Part shown: positions 51,740 through 64,000 of the stretch, piece after piece | Numbering within the stretch: the first letter of the stretch is position 1 | Layout: the number at the start of each line of letters is the position of its first letter | Assembly (NCBI RefSeq): GCF_035594765.1 | Contig: NC_085841.1 | Coordinates: forward strand, 316,829,402 to 316,893,401 | Direction of reading: 5' to 3' | Length of the DNA: 64,000 bases | Source: Anolis carolinensis | Taxonomy: Eukaryota | Program-made: the position numbers and the translations under genes | The notes under the pieces: generated by a model | Database searches by the model: none | What the model saw: only the letters and a program-made list of their open reading frames with translations | What the model was told of the DNA's origin: nothing

Positions 51740-52320
51740 TCTTTCCTGCCTTCATTGATCTAAGTGCAGCATTTGATTCTATAAATAGAAATTTGCTATG
51801 GGTCAAATCGGCTAAAACAAATATTGATTAGGCTTCTTTTTCTTATAAAGGCATTATACATGGACACCCGATTACGAGTCAGAACAGGGGTGAATCACAC
51901 ATTAACTAACTAAATTTCCACTGACAAAAGGGTTTATCAGAGCTGTATACCTACTCCGTTCATTTTATACTTTTTATTAATGCTTTGGTTTCTATAGTTA
52001 CATGGGAAGAGTTTCACATGCCAAAGTTATCTAATACTACATAAATACTCTTTGATGCGGAGGTGATGATAGTATTACCTATTGCACTGGTTAGTTTACA
52101 TGGGTTACTAGGGAAAGGTAGATTGTAATATAAGGATGATGATTTAGACATTAACAATAAAAACAAAAATCTAAATTTTTGGGGAAAGAAAAGTAAATAC
52201 GAGCAGTGGTTGCAAGATGTTAATAAGATTAATCAGGCAGATTCCCTTATGTACCTTGGGGTAGTTTTCCCATCTGCAGCTTGCTAGTCATTGCAGATCA
52301 AAAGAAATGATCTAAAAGCA
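51740..52320 (+). mobile_element. Highly decayed non-LTR RT fragment
   Basis: AFIDLSAAFDSINRNLLW motif. The downstream sequence is disrupted. Confidence 0.55.
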
Positions 52321-52959
52321 ATAGTCTGTTCTCTCAGCCATCTTTTGAGCTATGGCTACCCGGCATGGGGTTGGACTAGATGATCCCTGTGGTCTCTTAC
52401 AACTCTATGAATCTGTGATTCTATATCCTATGATTTTTTTTACCAATAATCAATGTGTATAAGGCAAAGGTGTAGTCAGTCTTAACATGAGTGTCAGAAA
52501 GCATGAATCTGTTTTTACAACTTGTTCAATTAATCTTTTTTCCTCATCTGCATCTCTCCTCTCTTCTTTCTAATTCCTGCCAACATTTACACCACAATCA
52601 GATTTCAAATGCTTCATTTGTTAAAGGTTAAACATTAATAATGTATTTATTTCCGACAGAGGACAAAGCTCTACTGTAAGTGCAAGTGTAAATGGCTGAC
52701 GACATAGTTCCTGAACCAAGAATAGAGAACTCTTCATCAGAAATGTTACAGGTGCTAGTGAACAGAGGAAGAACATTTTCTTGCACAAAGAAATCAGGTC
52801 ATTTCTTCTTCCTCCCCACTCACAACCAAGTAGAAATTAGTGATAGAGTAGATGTTGCATTCAGAAATCAGGCATTTCAAGTCCAACCCGTATAATATTT
52901 AATTTACAAGAGCAGGTATCTAAAACATTTGCAGTTCTTTGCATCGATCTTGCTTTCGT

Positions 52960-53070
52960 CGATCTGTTGGGGGTGCTTTGAACGTGATTTCCTGCTACTT
53001 GGCAGGGGGTTGGACTGGATGGCCCATGAGGTCTTTTCCAACTACTATTCTATGATTCTATGATTCTATA
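52960..53070 (+). mobile_element. 5'-truncated CR1 3' end (others at about 52365-52430 +, 33760-33985 -, 50680-50790 -, 58370-58500 -)
   Basis: Near identity to the 3'UTR and (ATTCTATG)n tail of the CR1 at 49270-49388. Confidence 0.9.
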
Positions 53071-55555
53071 TGCATTCACAAAACTCCTATTCTTGCAGAA
53101 GTGACTCTATTACTTCTGGTTGAGTAACCAGGTATCCAAAAACACAGTTGTAGTGGTTTTCTACTTTAACAACAAAACACGCAGAGACTTTTGATCTTTC
53201 CCAAATAAGCAGGAAGGCTTTTCTTTCTCCTTTGTTGCAGTGGTATGCAAAATATATACAAACTACACAACTACTTCTTCCTTATTACTCATGGCAGTAA
53301 TTCTCCAAACCACTATCCATCCCTTACCAAACTTAGTATAACTGCAACCTATATACTACTCCCTATTGCTTTAACCACCACACCCTAATTGCAGTGGCTA
53401 ACTCTTTTACAGGTGGTATTAACTCTGCTTTCACTTAGAAAATGCCAGGTATTTTCCAAATCCTGACATTTTAAACTGTTTTTAATTAATGTTTTTAAGG
53501 GAATTGCTGTTTAATGCTTTTTAGTTTTTTTTTTACTACATATTGTTTGAATTATATTGTTTAATGTATTGTTTTAATGTTTGATGTGTAGGATATAAAC
53601 CAGTAAAAAATTAGTGATGGCTGTATTCATTCATTTTGTTGTCTGTCTCTGTTTCACATGACACATACATAATATTTGCAACAAAAGTTAAGCTGAATAG
53701 CCCATGGACTAGTGAATACATGATTATTGAAGCAGTTTGGCCTTGCTTATCTTTTGCGACCAAATCTCAAAACTTCCTGTCTCCTCAAGCTTGTTTTCTA
53801 AGAAAAATTGTCTTACTAAAAATGGATGCAGTGATCCAGTACCAATTTATTGGAGAGTAAAACTCTTCATATGCAAGATGACACACTTCTGAGTAGACTT
53901 TATTAATAAAGTTTTTGATACTGTTCCATTGTCCATGCGGAGGCCACTAGGGGATGATAGAGAGACAAGGAGGAAAACAATTTCCCCTTGTTTTCCTGTT
54001 ATTTCCCCCAGCCATGTCCCTGTTGTGGAAACAACCCTCACTTATGAATTAACCAGCAAAAATGGGGAAAATGGTTTTCCTTTTTCAACTCCCCCTACCC
54101 AATAAAATGGACTATTCTTCTCTCTCTAGTATCCCCTTGTGGCCTCCGCCCAGATAATGAAATAATATCAAGTTTTTAAAAGAAAGAAATAAAGAATGGG
54201 AAAAAGCAAGCAGTTACTGAGTTGTGAACTTGGACTCCAAACTAGTAGTCCCAACTTTATTGAAACCTTATCCACTGAAGTACATAGTGGGTTAAAAGCA
54301 GAAGGGGAAAACTAACTTCTGGCCAGAGTTGTCTGCTCTGAGACAGAGATTGGTGGACGGTCATCAAATCTCTACAAAGGCATTTCAGAAAATGATTCTT
54401 CATGCACTCTCAAATGGTGTGCTAATCTCTTTAGTTACCGCTTTTTGATACAGTCATCACCTTATTAATTAATCTCACCTAACTTCACAGGCATATTCCT
54501 TGCACTGTGAAGATATCAACATCTTCTCTTACTACTGAAGGAAAAAACGTTCCCTGAATTGGTTGCAACCAGAAAATATTCAGCTGTTTATCAACAAGTA
54601 TGGAGTGGCCCCTGTAATATGCTTTAAGTTGAGCACATGGGTTTGCAGAAAATGTATACAACCTCACCCTCAAAAGTCAAATGTGATTCCATATATTGTT
54701 TTGTGGCTTACTTCTGAGTATAAAGACCAAAAGGTATTTGACACACAATCAGGCACATGCTTACTTAGAAATAGACCCTATTGAACCTTCTTAGAATTTT
54801 GAATTGTTGGGAGCCTTCCATCCAGCTTAATTTAAAATGAAAGACTGCACTAATTGTTGCCTTGGTATGGCAGAAAAGTCAGGACATTTTAAATATAGCT
54901 TCTTCCTTATTCCTGCCACTAAACTGCCTAACTTCATTCTAAACAGACCCACAAAAGTTTAGTACTAAACAAGAACCTGTTTTGGGAAGCCCTGGTTAAT
55001 TATGGACCAATAACTTGGGTCAGAATGACTTTGTGGTGAGTTTCTAAAAAGGTATCATGTAAAGCTTGGCTTCTTAGAGGCACCACAACTATATGAGCTG
55101 CATCCCACAAGCTGCTGTAAAAGAAAACAAGTGTCTTGGGAGTGGGGATGTGATTCATTGACTCCTGTGCCAGCACAACATTACATCATAGTATGGCATG
55201 CTTCTGTAGTGAGTCAATCAAGGATGGTACTGTGATGCAATATGGTTTCATTTTGAGATGCTGGGAATCGTATAGCAATCTGATTTAGGGTTGCCAAGTT
55301 GAATTGGGAGAGGGTTGTCCTGTATCTTTAATCGTTCTACATCACCTCCTCCAAAACCACCTTTTAGCTGATGCCTATTACTAATAACCAATTGCTGAGA
55401 GTGGAGAGTACTGGGTGTGGGGTATATCTGGGGCATTTCTCTGCAATTGTCATCATTGTCTACTAATCAATAAATGACCATGTTGAGCATAGGCGAATGC
55501 ATCAGCTAAAAGGTAGGGTTGGATCAAGTGAGGGAGGAGATGTTGCATAGCAAAT

Positions 55556-56415
55556 TGTGATGACTCATGGGCCTTGTAGTCCTGTTCCTAGTACTATTGT
55601 GGCAGACGAAGAGGAAAACATGGGATTTTCGCCGGTTCAGCCAGAGCCGGAGCCTCTCCACCTGGAGGATGTTTGCCCTCAAGAATTCAGCCAAACAGGC
55701 CTTGGGCAGAACTCCCCCCCGTTTTCCTGGAGGGACAATTATACTAGAGATAGAGGAGTCAGAGAGGCTAATCGCCAGAGCCTGAGAATCGCTGCCAAAC
55801 AACTAGCTGATTAGGTCTGCTTCCCTTGGGAAATTCTAAGGAGTCATGCATCTGGACAGAGTTGGGTTTCGCTTCTCGTTCTCTAGGGAAAGTGTTCTGT
55901 TGGCGGGAAAACGAGACCCAATATAGGTGTTTGTCGCAAGGGGAACTTTGCGGAGTCAATTGATCAGCTTGAGGAGAGAGATCGTGTGTGGACTTCGTAA
56001 CCCCAGTTCCTTGCTTCCCGGATCAAGTTTCAAGCCTGCCTTGTTTCACGTTTTGCCACGGACTTTGTTTCATGCTTCATGTTTGCCTCGTTTCAAGTCT
56101 TTGATCTAGCCAAGAATCAAGTTTATTTTCCAGCCTTGTTGTCAAGCTACATTGGACTTTAAAGACTCTGTCATTTCCCCACACTATTGCTTGGCAAAGT
56201 GTGTGTTTCGGTCAAGTGGATTAAAACTTTGAACTCTAATATCTTATATTGGACAATACATTTCTGGACTATATTTGACCTCATCTGAAAGGTCTGCTTC
56301 TGAACTATATTCTTCACTTGTTTTTATTGTTTTTATATATTTCTTTAATAAAGATATTAGATAGAGTCTGGCCTCTGCGCATGGTTATTGGTGTTCTGCA
56401 GCCTGGGTCCTGACA
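55556..56415 (+). repeat. 5' LTR (860 bp) of gypsy element
   Basis: Starts TGTGA and ends TGACA, with a TATA-like ATATA at 55921-55925 and AATAAA at 56347-56352. Confidence 0.9.
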
Positions 56416-56458
56416 GTTTGACTCCGCCACCTTAAGCACCAATTAACCTAAGGCCAGA

Positions 56459-57445
56459 ATGTCTACAGGAACCGGGGCGGAAGCCCAACCACCCAGTTAC
56501 ACCATTTCCCAGGAAGAATTCAACAGGATCCGAGACATACTCCGTACGCAGGAGGGAGAAATACGGGGCTTGAAGGAACGCGGTGTCCGTCTCCCTGCCC
56601 TAGCGCTACCAACCAAGTTTTCTGGAGAAGCCTCCAAGGTTCATGTTTTCCGTCACCAGTGCCAGGCGTACTTAGAAGCCCGCCAAGCCAAGTTCCCCCA
56701 AGAAGATGTCAAAGTGGCGTGGATCTACAGTCTCCTAGATGGACCAGCGGCCGCTTGGGCGACGGCGCCATTTGATGCGGGTTCCACGCACCTAAGCTCC
56801 GCGCACAATTTCTTGAACCACCTTAGAAAGACCTGGGGGATCGAGGACAACGAGGAGGCGGCCGGCCATAAACTCCGGCGTCTCTTCCAAGGGGACAGGC
56901 CGTTGTCCCGGTACATAGCCGAGTTCCGGGTGCTGGCTCAGAACACCGGTTGGAACGATATAGCCCTCAGAGGACAGTTTCGCGAGGGCCTTAACTTCGA
57001 GATGCAGGAAGAAATCTCTAAGGTGGATCCCCCAGAGACTCTTGAGAGACTCATCAACCATTGTTTACGAGCCGAAGCCCTGCTTGCCAACAAAAAACAG
57101 TGGCTCCGAGGCCAGAGTGGAAGAGCCGGAGTGAAACCCCCCGCTTCTGCCAGTATTCAGCCACGTCCAGTATGGAGATCCCCACCGCCAGCCCCAAACC
57201 CCATGGGGTGCGAGGAGGAGCTGATGCAGTTGGGCAGTGTGCGCCCCAGACTAGATGTTGCCGAAAAGGCCCGCCGCCAACGTTTGAATCTGTGTTGGTA
57301 CTGCGGGAATGGGGGGCACTTCGCCAGAGAATGTCCAGCCAAAAGAAAGCCCGTCACCCGCCTGGCGGTGGCGTCCTCCGCGGAGCCGGAGGCGGCCATG
57401 GCAGCTGGAGCCAAGCCGGCGGGGGAAGCCAGCGACCGGGCGTAG
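56459..57445 (+). CDS. Gag of sushi-type gypsy element (PEG10/RTL-related capsid + CCHC knuckle)
   Basis: 328 aa with LPTKFSGE...FRHQCQAYL, LFQGDRPLSRYIAEFRVLA, EELMQLG and CWYCGNGGHFAREC. Confidence 0.92.
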   Translation: MSTGTGAEAQPPSYTISQEEFNRIRDILRTQEGEIRGLKERGVRLPALALPTKFSGEASKVHVFRHQCQAYLEARQAKFPQEDVKVAWIYSLLDGPAAAWATAPFDAGSTHLSSAHNFLNHLRKTWGIEDNEEAAGHKLRRLFQGDRPLSRYIAEFRVLAQNTGWNDIALRGQFREGLNFEMQEEISKVDPPETLERLINHCLRAEALLANKKQWLRGQSGRAGVKPPASASIQPRPVWRSPPPAPNPMGCEEELMQLGSVRPRLDVAEKARRQRLNLCWYCGNGGHFARECPAKRKPVTRLAVASSAEPEAAMAAGAKPAGEASDRA

Positions 57446-58746
57446 AGAGGCTCGACAACCCGGTCAAAAACCCCACTCAAGAGCCGCAAACCGGGGTCCT
57501 ATTTCTTCTGGTGGTCACGCTGTGGTCAGTGAAAAAAGGACCCGTCATGATCTGCAGCCTGGGTCCTGACACAAATCTAGGCTGGAAAATTTAGCAATGA
57601 TATATCATTTTGCAATAGCCATTACTAGAAGTACCATAGCAGTATATTAGCCATTGTATCGCGGGAGTAAGATGTGGCAAGGACATGTGGGAACATGGTG
57701 GAAATGATGCTTTTAAGGATGTTTTCACACAAGCATTGAAACTGGAAGCATAAATGAATTTTACTTCCTTAAAAAAATAACTGTAGATGCTGCCTTTTTC
57801 AAAAGGGAAGACATAATCAAGGAGCACAAATCCATAACTTGCTTGCTCTCTATGATTCAAGATTTTTTAAGCAAAAGGATGGTAAATGGCATTTTTATAC
57901 ATTATTGTCCAAAACAGAAGCTATTGCATCACTGTTTTTTATTTAATGCATATCCTGCCACTATGGGATCCCAGGTAAAATGGTTGATGCAAAAAGAATG
58001 AGAGGAGGGCAACAGAAGGAGGAAATTCGACAACTTGGGAGAAGTCTCTGAGAAAATAGCATATTTCACTGTTGAATAGCTTCTATCGCAAAATGTGGTG
58101 GAGTCTCCTTTTCTGGAGTGTGTTAATTCCCTGGTAAAAGGTAGCCTGGCCATAGTGATCTATGCCCTCAAAACATTTAGAGATAACCGTTATGGTGTAT
58201 TGAATCTGATACTACCTTTGTGGAAGATGCAGTAGGAAGTAGGCTTCTAAATTATATGGAACAAATCAGTTTTAGAAACAGCTTTTGTAGGAAATTGAAG
58301 TTGCTTTAGGTCTTTGGGAAGAGCATGTCTGTCCATCCTTCCTTCACCACAGGTGCACTTGGTGAGGACACATAGAATCATAGAATGGCAGAGCCAGAAG
58401 ACACCCCAAGAGGCACTCAGCCCAAGTCCCTGCCACAATGGGATACACAACCAAAGTACTTCTAACAGATGGCTATCCAGTCTCTAAAAACCTCCAGAGC
58501 TTCTGTTATCCTGGTCCCAAATTGCATATGGCTTTATAGTTAATCTTAAGGATTACCATCTGCCAATATCCTTAGATTATCCAACACAATATTCTCCTGG
58601 TTCGATTTCTTTTTCATGAGAAATGAGTGACAATTAGCTTCACTTAGATGACTATGTCTGAAATAATTGCTTTTTTGGTGGCGGGGGGTGGGGGGGTCAT
58701 TTTGGTGGTCAGGTTAAAAAACATGTTGTAATTAATTCAGTATATG

Positions 58747-58807
<61 letters not shown>

Positions 58808-58849
58808 TTATATTCCACCCTATCTCCCTGAGGGGAGATGTTTAACTGC

Positions 58850-59150
58850 AACCCTGCTTTACACTTTCTTCTTTCACCTTGGTTATAATGCTTCTCAGCT
58901 CCATCAAAGTGGTATCATTTGCATATCTAAGGTTGTTAATGTTTCTTCCAGAAATTTTAACTGCAGCCTTGGATTGATTAAGCCCCACACATCACATGAT
59001 GTGTTCTGCATACAAGTTGGATAGGCAGGGTGAGAGTATACAGCCCTATAGTACTCCTTTCCCAATCTTGAACCAGCCTTTTGTTCCGTGGTTTGTTTTT
59101 ACTGTTGTTACTTGGTCGTTATACAGATTCCTCAGGAGACAGACAAGGAG
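58850..59150 (-). mobile_element. RTE/BovB-type LINE RT fragment
   Basis: The minus strand encodes GCILSPCLSNLYAEHIM and VKISGRNINNLRYANDTT. Confidence 0.85.
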
Positions 59151-60429
59151 ACAGACCACCAACAACTTACCATGGTTTCGCTCATGGCATCATTGAGGTG
59201 CTCAAGCTCCAGCACTGCGACAAGTTAACGGTCCTTTGCAGGAAATTCTCAGTTTTAGATTATGGTAATCTATGGTTCAGATTTCCTTGCTTTGTAGAGT
59301 ACTGTTCCAAACATAACCTTTTGCTTTAAACCAGATTGTCTCCTCTTCAGGGAATATATCTAAGGTTATGATGCTAAATTATCTTGTTTTCTGTTGAGTC
59401 TTTTTAAAAATAAATATTCTTAATGTACCACAATTTGACTTAATGCACCTAATTTTGAACTCTGTATGTCATCTGAGATAGTGATTGGTATAATATGCTT
59501 GTTGGAGTAGGACTATGGGAGACCAGGATTTGTATCATGGCTCAACCAAGGAAACCTAATAGATGATCCTCAACAAGTCACATACTCAACTTAGGAAGAA
59601 GGGAAATGACAAACCTCTTCTGAACAAGTCTTAAAAACCCTAAAATGACATTGCTGTAAGCAAGAAGTCGACTTGAAAGAACATAACAAAACTTGTTCAA
59701 GGTTTTGGTTATTATTGCTTCTTCAAAAAGGAAACTGCTGTTTTAACTTCCCCTCTGATTTTTATTGTGTTTCAGACGTTTTGGCTGCTTGAATGACAAA
59801 TCCCATTGCCTTCTGCTCCCAAAAGAGGAAGCCTCACTTTGGTGTACACGTGACACAAGTGCTGTTGTCAAATGGAAGTAGAAGTATGCCTTTTGGGACA
59901 AAACTCTTTTTTAAAAGACAGGATATCACAGAAAAAATAGACTATGGCCTCGGCAATTTATCATGCACGTGCATTTCTGCGGGCACACACAGGCACATGC
60001 ACACAAAACATGTACAGAGCAGGAACTTTTCACACAAAGACTTCTTCCCACACAAAAGAGACATCAGCTGATTTTGCAATATCATGCCCACTTCCTCTCA
60101 TTCCCAGATCTGAATATAGAAAGTTAAGGTGGGATGTGAGAAGGAACATGCTGTATATGGCCCCTTGTGGGGATTGCAGCATCATGCGTCTAAGAAATAC
60201 CATAAGGAATCTGTAGATAAGTTTACAATTCTGATGCTACAGTCACAGCATATAAAAAATCAAGGTATGCGAATAGCTATGCTGGTTGGAAGTAAATCAC
60301 AAAGATAAAGTTGAAACAAGATTTTATGGGTGTTTTGCAAAAACAACAACAACACCCTACCTAAAATAAAATAATAAAGGACCAGACAAAACTAACATCA
60401 ACTGGAAACAATTACAATTTGTGAAAACT

Positions 60430-60835
60430 GAGACGCTAGATCTGGCCATATTAGTCCATGCCTTAGTCATATCCCGCTAGGACATCTACAATGCTCTCTA
60501 CGTAGGGCTGCCTTTAAAGATAGTTCAGAAGCTTCAACTGGTCCAGAGATTAGCAGCCAGACTACTATCTGGAGAGCCATTCAGGGAGCAGACAACTCCC
60601 ATGTTACGGCAACTAAATACAAAGTGCTGGTTATTACCTACAAAGCCCTAAACAGTTTGGGCCCAGGCTATCTAGAAAACTGCATCTCCTTGTACAAATC
60701 TGTGCGGGCTTTTTGTTCAGCTGAGGAGGCCCTACTCTTGATCCCACCCCCGTCTCAAGCATGGCTGGTGGGGATGAAAGAGGGGCCTTCTTCGTGGTCG
60801 CCCCCTGTCTTTGGAATGCTCTCCCCAAGGAGATC
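60430..60835 (+). mobile_element. L2 LINE 3' fragment
   Basis: VHALVISR.DIYNALYVGLP and KVLVITYKALNSLGPGYL. Confidence 0.8.
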
Positions 60836-60839
60836 AAAA

Positions 60840-61205
60840 TGGCCACCTCCCATGAGGGTCTGCCTCCAGGGGCAAACCAAGAATGGGCAATTTGGAAGTC
60901 CCTAAACAGACTGAGAAGCAGAGTGGGCAGATCAAAAGACAACCTGGTAAGATGGCACTACCTGGAGGAATCTTCCACCTTGTGTGACTGCGGAGCTGAA
61001 CAAACAACTTCTCATATGTATGTTTGCCCACAATGTCCTGCCTCATGCACGGAGGAGGAGTTGTTTAAAGCTATGGACAATGCGATTGCTGTTGCCCACT
61101 TTTGGTCCAAAACTATTTAGCTGTTTGTGATTCCTTTATTTTATCACTTTTAAACTTATTTATTATGCAATGCTTTTGACACGAAATAAATAAATAAATA
61201 AATTT
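60840..61205 (+). mobile_element. Vingi/Ingi-type LINE 3' end
   Basis: WKSLNRLRSRVGRSKDNL..W and a CDCG..QT..H..C zinc knuckle, with a (TAAA)n tail. Confidence 0.8.
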
Positions 61206-63252
61206 GAAAATCAAGATGGTTCCTGGCAAGAACCGAATAACGCTCTCAAATTCCGTGATAAATAGATAAATACAATTTCCGTCGATATCAGCATGGGCAG
61301 AGTGCTTATCAAAATTGGTCATGATTTGTATTCAAATTAAAATAGAGGTTGATTATCCCTTATCTGGAATTCTAAAATACTCTGAAATCCAAAGTTGCCC
61401 ATATAGGTGCTTTTTGATGGCTCAATGTACACAAACTTCATTTTATACACAAAATATTGTATGAAATTATCTTTAGACTATGTATATAAGGTGTATATGA
61501 AACATAAATGAATTTTATGTTTCAACTGGAGTTTCATCTCCAATATATCTTATTAAGTGCATAGGTGCAAATACAAGTATTCCAATTTTTTATTTTAAAA
61601 AAGCATTTCGGAGAAAGAATATTCAATCTGTGTAGAAATGTATATATTCAGTATATATATTATGTACTATTGCAATTTTTAAAAATCGAAACACTGCTTT
61701 TGAGGAAGGATGCATATTTCTTTGACGTGTGGTGCGCAAGTTTCCTTTGTACAAACAGATAATGGATATAAGCTATCCTGAGACAAGTCTTAAAGCTGAG
61801 CTTCTTTTTCTCTTATTTATTTATTTATTTATTTATTTATTATGAATTATATTTATTTATTATCTTTATTTATACCCCGCCTTTTTCCCCGTGGCGACTC
61901 AAGGCGGCTAACACTCCCCACTCTACTTGACTATAGCCCTGCTGAAGCCAATATCCTAAGGCTATCACAGAATTCTATGCTGAAGAGCTGTATCCTTCCA
62001 ATGTCTAAATTGGATTTACAACTGTGAAGTATTTGAATTAATATGAAGACCAGTAAATCTTTGCAAACTATGTGAGGAATAATAATTTCTCAAATTTATA
62101 AAGTGCCTGATGACTGACTCCGGAAAGATGTGGCACAATCTGGTTTTGTTTAAAATGAACACCAAGTAGGCTTCCTTACATCTGCAAAAGAATGATGACT
62201 GTTTCATATTCTCCACAGTTCCTGTGAGAGAGGTGGATCCCTTCATCTCAATGGTTTATGAAACTCATCCATGACCTTTGTTGAACTAGGATAGTTGTCT
62301 GCAAGTGGCCAAATATAAAATGGATCAGCCAGCCATGAATATACCTACTGAACCATTAAGAAGAAAGAGAACAGCTTAAAGCAAGAGCTAAACCGGCAAG
62401 TTGAATTAAACAAAGCCTAAAGGCAAGCAGAGTGGGTGGTAGGGAGGGAGGAAGTAACAAACTGAAAAACATCAAAACCAAGAAATGGAGCCGGAATTAC
62501 ACCACTAAACATGAATGGTCAAGGCAGCCAGAAACATTTTTTATGTAAACATTAATTTTTGTTTCCTCTGGCCAGCTGTTCTTTAAAATGGTCCCTGTTG
62601 CTAAAGGGAGACTCCGGTCTTGCTACAAGACAGTAGTAGCTAGTGCTATAGCCATTTTAAATTCACCACCTCCTCTTCCTTTTAAACTGCTTCTGAAAGT
62701 GCCTAATAATTAAGCACTCTAGATATTGTTTAAGGGCTGTGTTGTGTAGTTTTCTTTTTTGAATGTGAAAAGTGTAAACAAACAGATGCAACTAAATAGA
62801 TTAGGTAAAGCAGGGCAAGTACCAGTTAAACTAGCATAAGAACAAGATGTATAAAAATAGTTTTCGTTCTTTTCCTACTATTTCGCCCTTAACATGCAGC
62901 AGTCACACCAGGAAAAAAGCAGCTTATGTCTGGAGAGTGGACATTGTTGTTGTATTAGTAGTTATTTCTCCCTTCCAGATTCTGTATCAGGATGCCACCA
63001 AGAACAGTGATGATGATGATTTCGTTCCATGTCAGTAGTGACTTGAGAAACTGCAAGTCACTTCTGGTGTGAGAGAATTGGCCATCTGCAAGGATGTTGC
63101 CCAGGGATGTTTGATGTTTTACCATCCTGTGGGAGACTTCTCTCATGTCCCCGCAAAGGGATCTGGAGCTGACAGAGGGAGCTCACCCACTCTCTCCGGA
63201 TTCAAACCGCCGACCTATTGGTCAGCAGTTTTGCCAACCCAAGGGTTTAACC

Positions 63253-63387
63253 CAGTGGTTCTCAATCTGTGGGTCCCCAGATTTTTTGGCTTTCAACTTG
63301 CAGAAATCCTAACAGCTGGCAAACTGGCTGGGATTCCTGGAAGTTGTAGGCTAAAACACCTGGGCACTCACAGGCTGAGATCCACTG
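63253..63387. mobile_element. hAT MITE inserted in a SINE
   Basis: Same TIRs as 13255-13389, with a degenerate TSD GTTTAACC/GGTTAATC. It splits the SINE at about 63030-63415. Confidence 0.85.
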
Positions 63388-64000
63388 GGTTAATCCATTG
63401 CGCCACCAGGTACTCCATGATGATGATGATACTTTATTTATTACCTACCTCTCCTTGTGGCTCAAGGCAGGGTACAAAACTGTTAAAACAGCGAAGTAGA
63501 ACAAAGCACTTTTAAAATACATATATACAGATAAAATGCAGCTTAAAACTTACCAATAAATTGCAGGTTAAAATTCACAAGTTAAAACTGATTGGATAGA
63601 CCTTCTAGAAAAGATAGGCCATAAGTGTTTAATTCTGATAGCTGATTTAGCTGTTGGATCTCTTCCAGCAGGTCAAGAATTGCACATTGTCCAGTTGCCT
63701 GTGTGAGAAGTTGCTTTGAATTGTCAATAAAAAAGTAATTCTGGTGTTATCTAGTCATAGTTGCTAAATAGGGTCCAGTTTGTATTATTAAACTATGGCA
63801 TCCAACAGGCAAAGCCACCACAGCCAAATGTGATGGTTGATGGAAACCCAGCAAGATCTGGAGCAGGGGTCCCCAAACTAAGGCCTGTGGGCCGGATGCG
63901 ACCCCCCAAGGTCAATTACCTGGCCCCCACCCTCAGTTTTAGACTTAGGCTCACCCAAAGTCTGAAATGACTTGAAGGCACACAACAACAACAACAACAA

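Larger units (their letters stand above)
55556..57571 (+). mobile_element. Ty3/gypsy (Tf1/sushi group) LTR retrotransposon, internally deleted
   Basis: TG...CA termini with CAAAT target-site duplication (55551-55555, 57572-57576). The last 21 nt (57551-57571) are identical to the 5' LTR end (56395-56415). The gag ORF is intact. Confidence 0.95.

Noticed and set aside
56459-57445. Host PEG10/RTL1 gene
   Set aside because: It is flanked by an LTR and a perfect TSD, so it is a retrotransposon gag. PEG10 and RTL1 are mammalian domestications.

Overview
Vertebrate (squamate) genomic DNA, most likely an Anolis lizard, judged from the repeat repertoire: Sauria-type SINEs, CR1, L2, RTE/BovB, Vingi, Penelope, Helitron, and hAT/Tc1-mariner/Harbinger MITEs. 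There are two N gaps. The only host gene recognised is SPRED1 on the minus strand. Its CpG-island promoter, 5'UTR and 32-nt first coding exon (MSEETANCNN-, 26624-26655, GT donor) are present. Positions 1-26623 are intron 1 (exon 2 was not found), and about 27.5-64 kb is upstream intergenic sequence. The long ORFs belong to a near full-length CR1 LINE (about 44.48-49.39 kb) and an internally deleted Tf1/sushi-type Ty3/gypsy LTR element (55556-57571, 5-bp TSD). Most interesting signals: (1) a correctly phased U_UUA_AAC slippery heptamer just before the CR1 ORF1 stop, with an open, AUG-less -1 frame carrying the start of the ORF2 endonuclease, which makes it a candidate -1 ribosomal frameshift in a LINE; (2) a self-priming PBS and a non-canonical G_GGG_GAA site with a possible pseudoknot in the gypsy element; (3) a strong-Kozak uORF ending 7 nt before the SPRED1 AUG; (4) a 134-bp near-perfect palindrome in a CpG island upstream of SPRED1; (5) hammerhead-ribozyme cores in short Penelope insertions. 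Family names come from recognised motifs, not database searches, and boundaries of old repeats are approximate.
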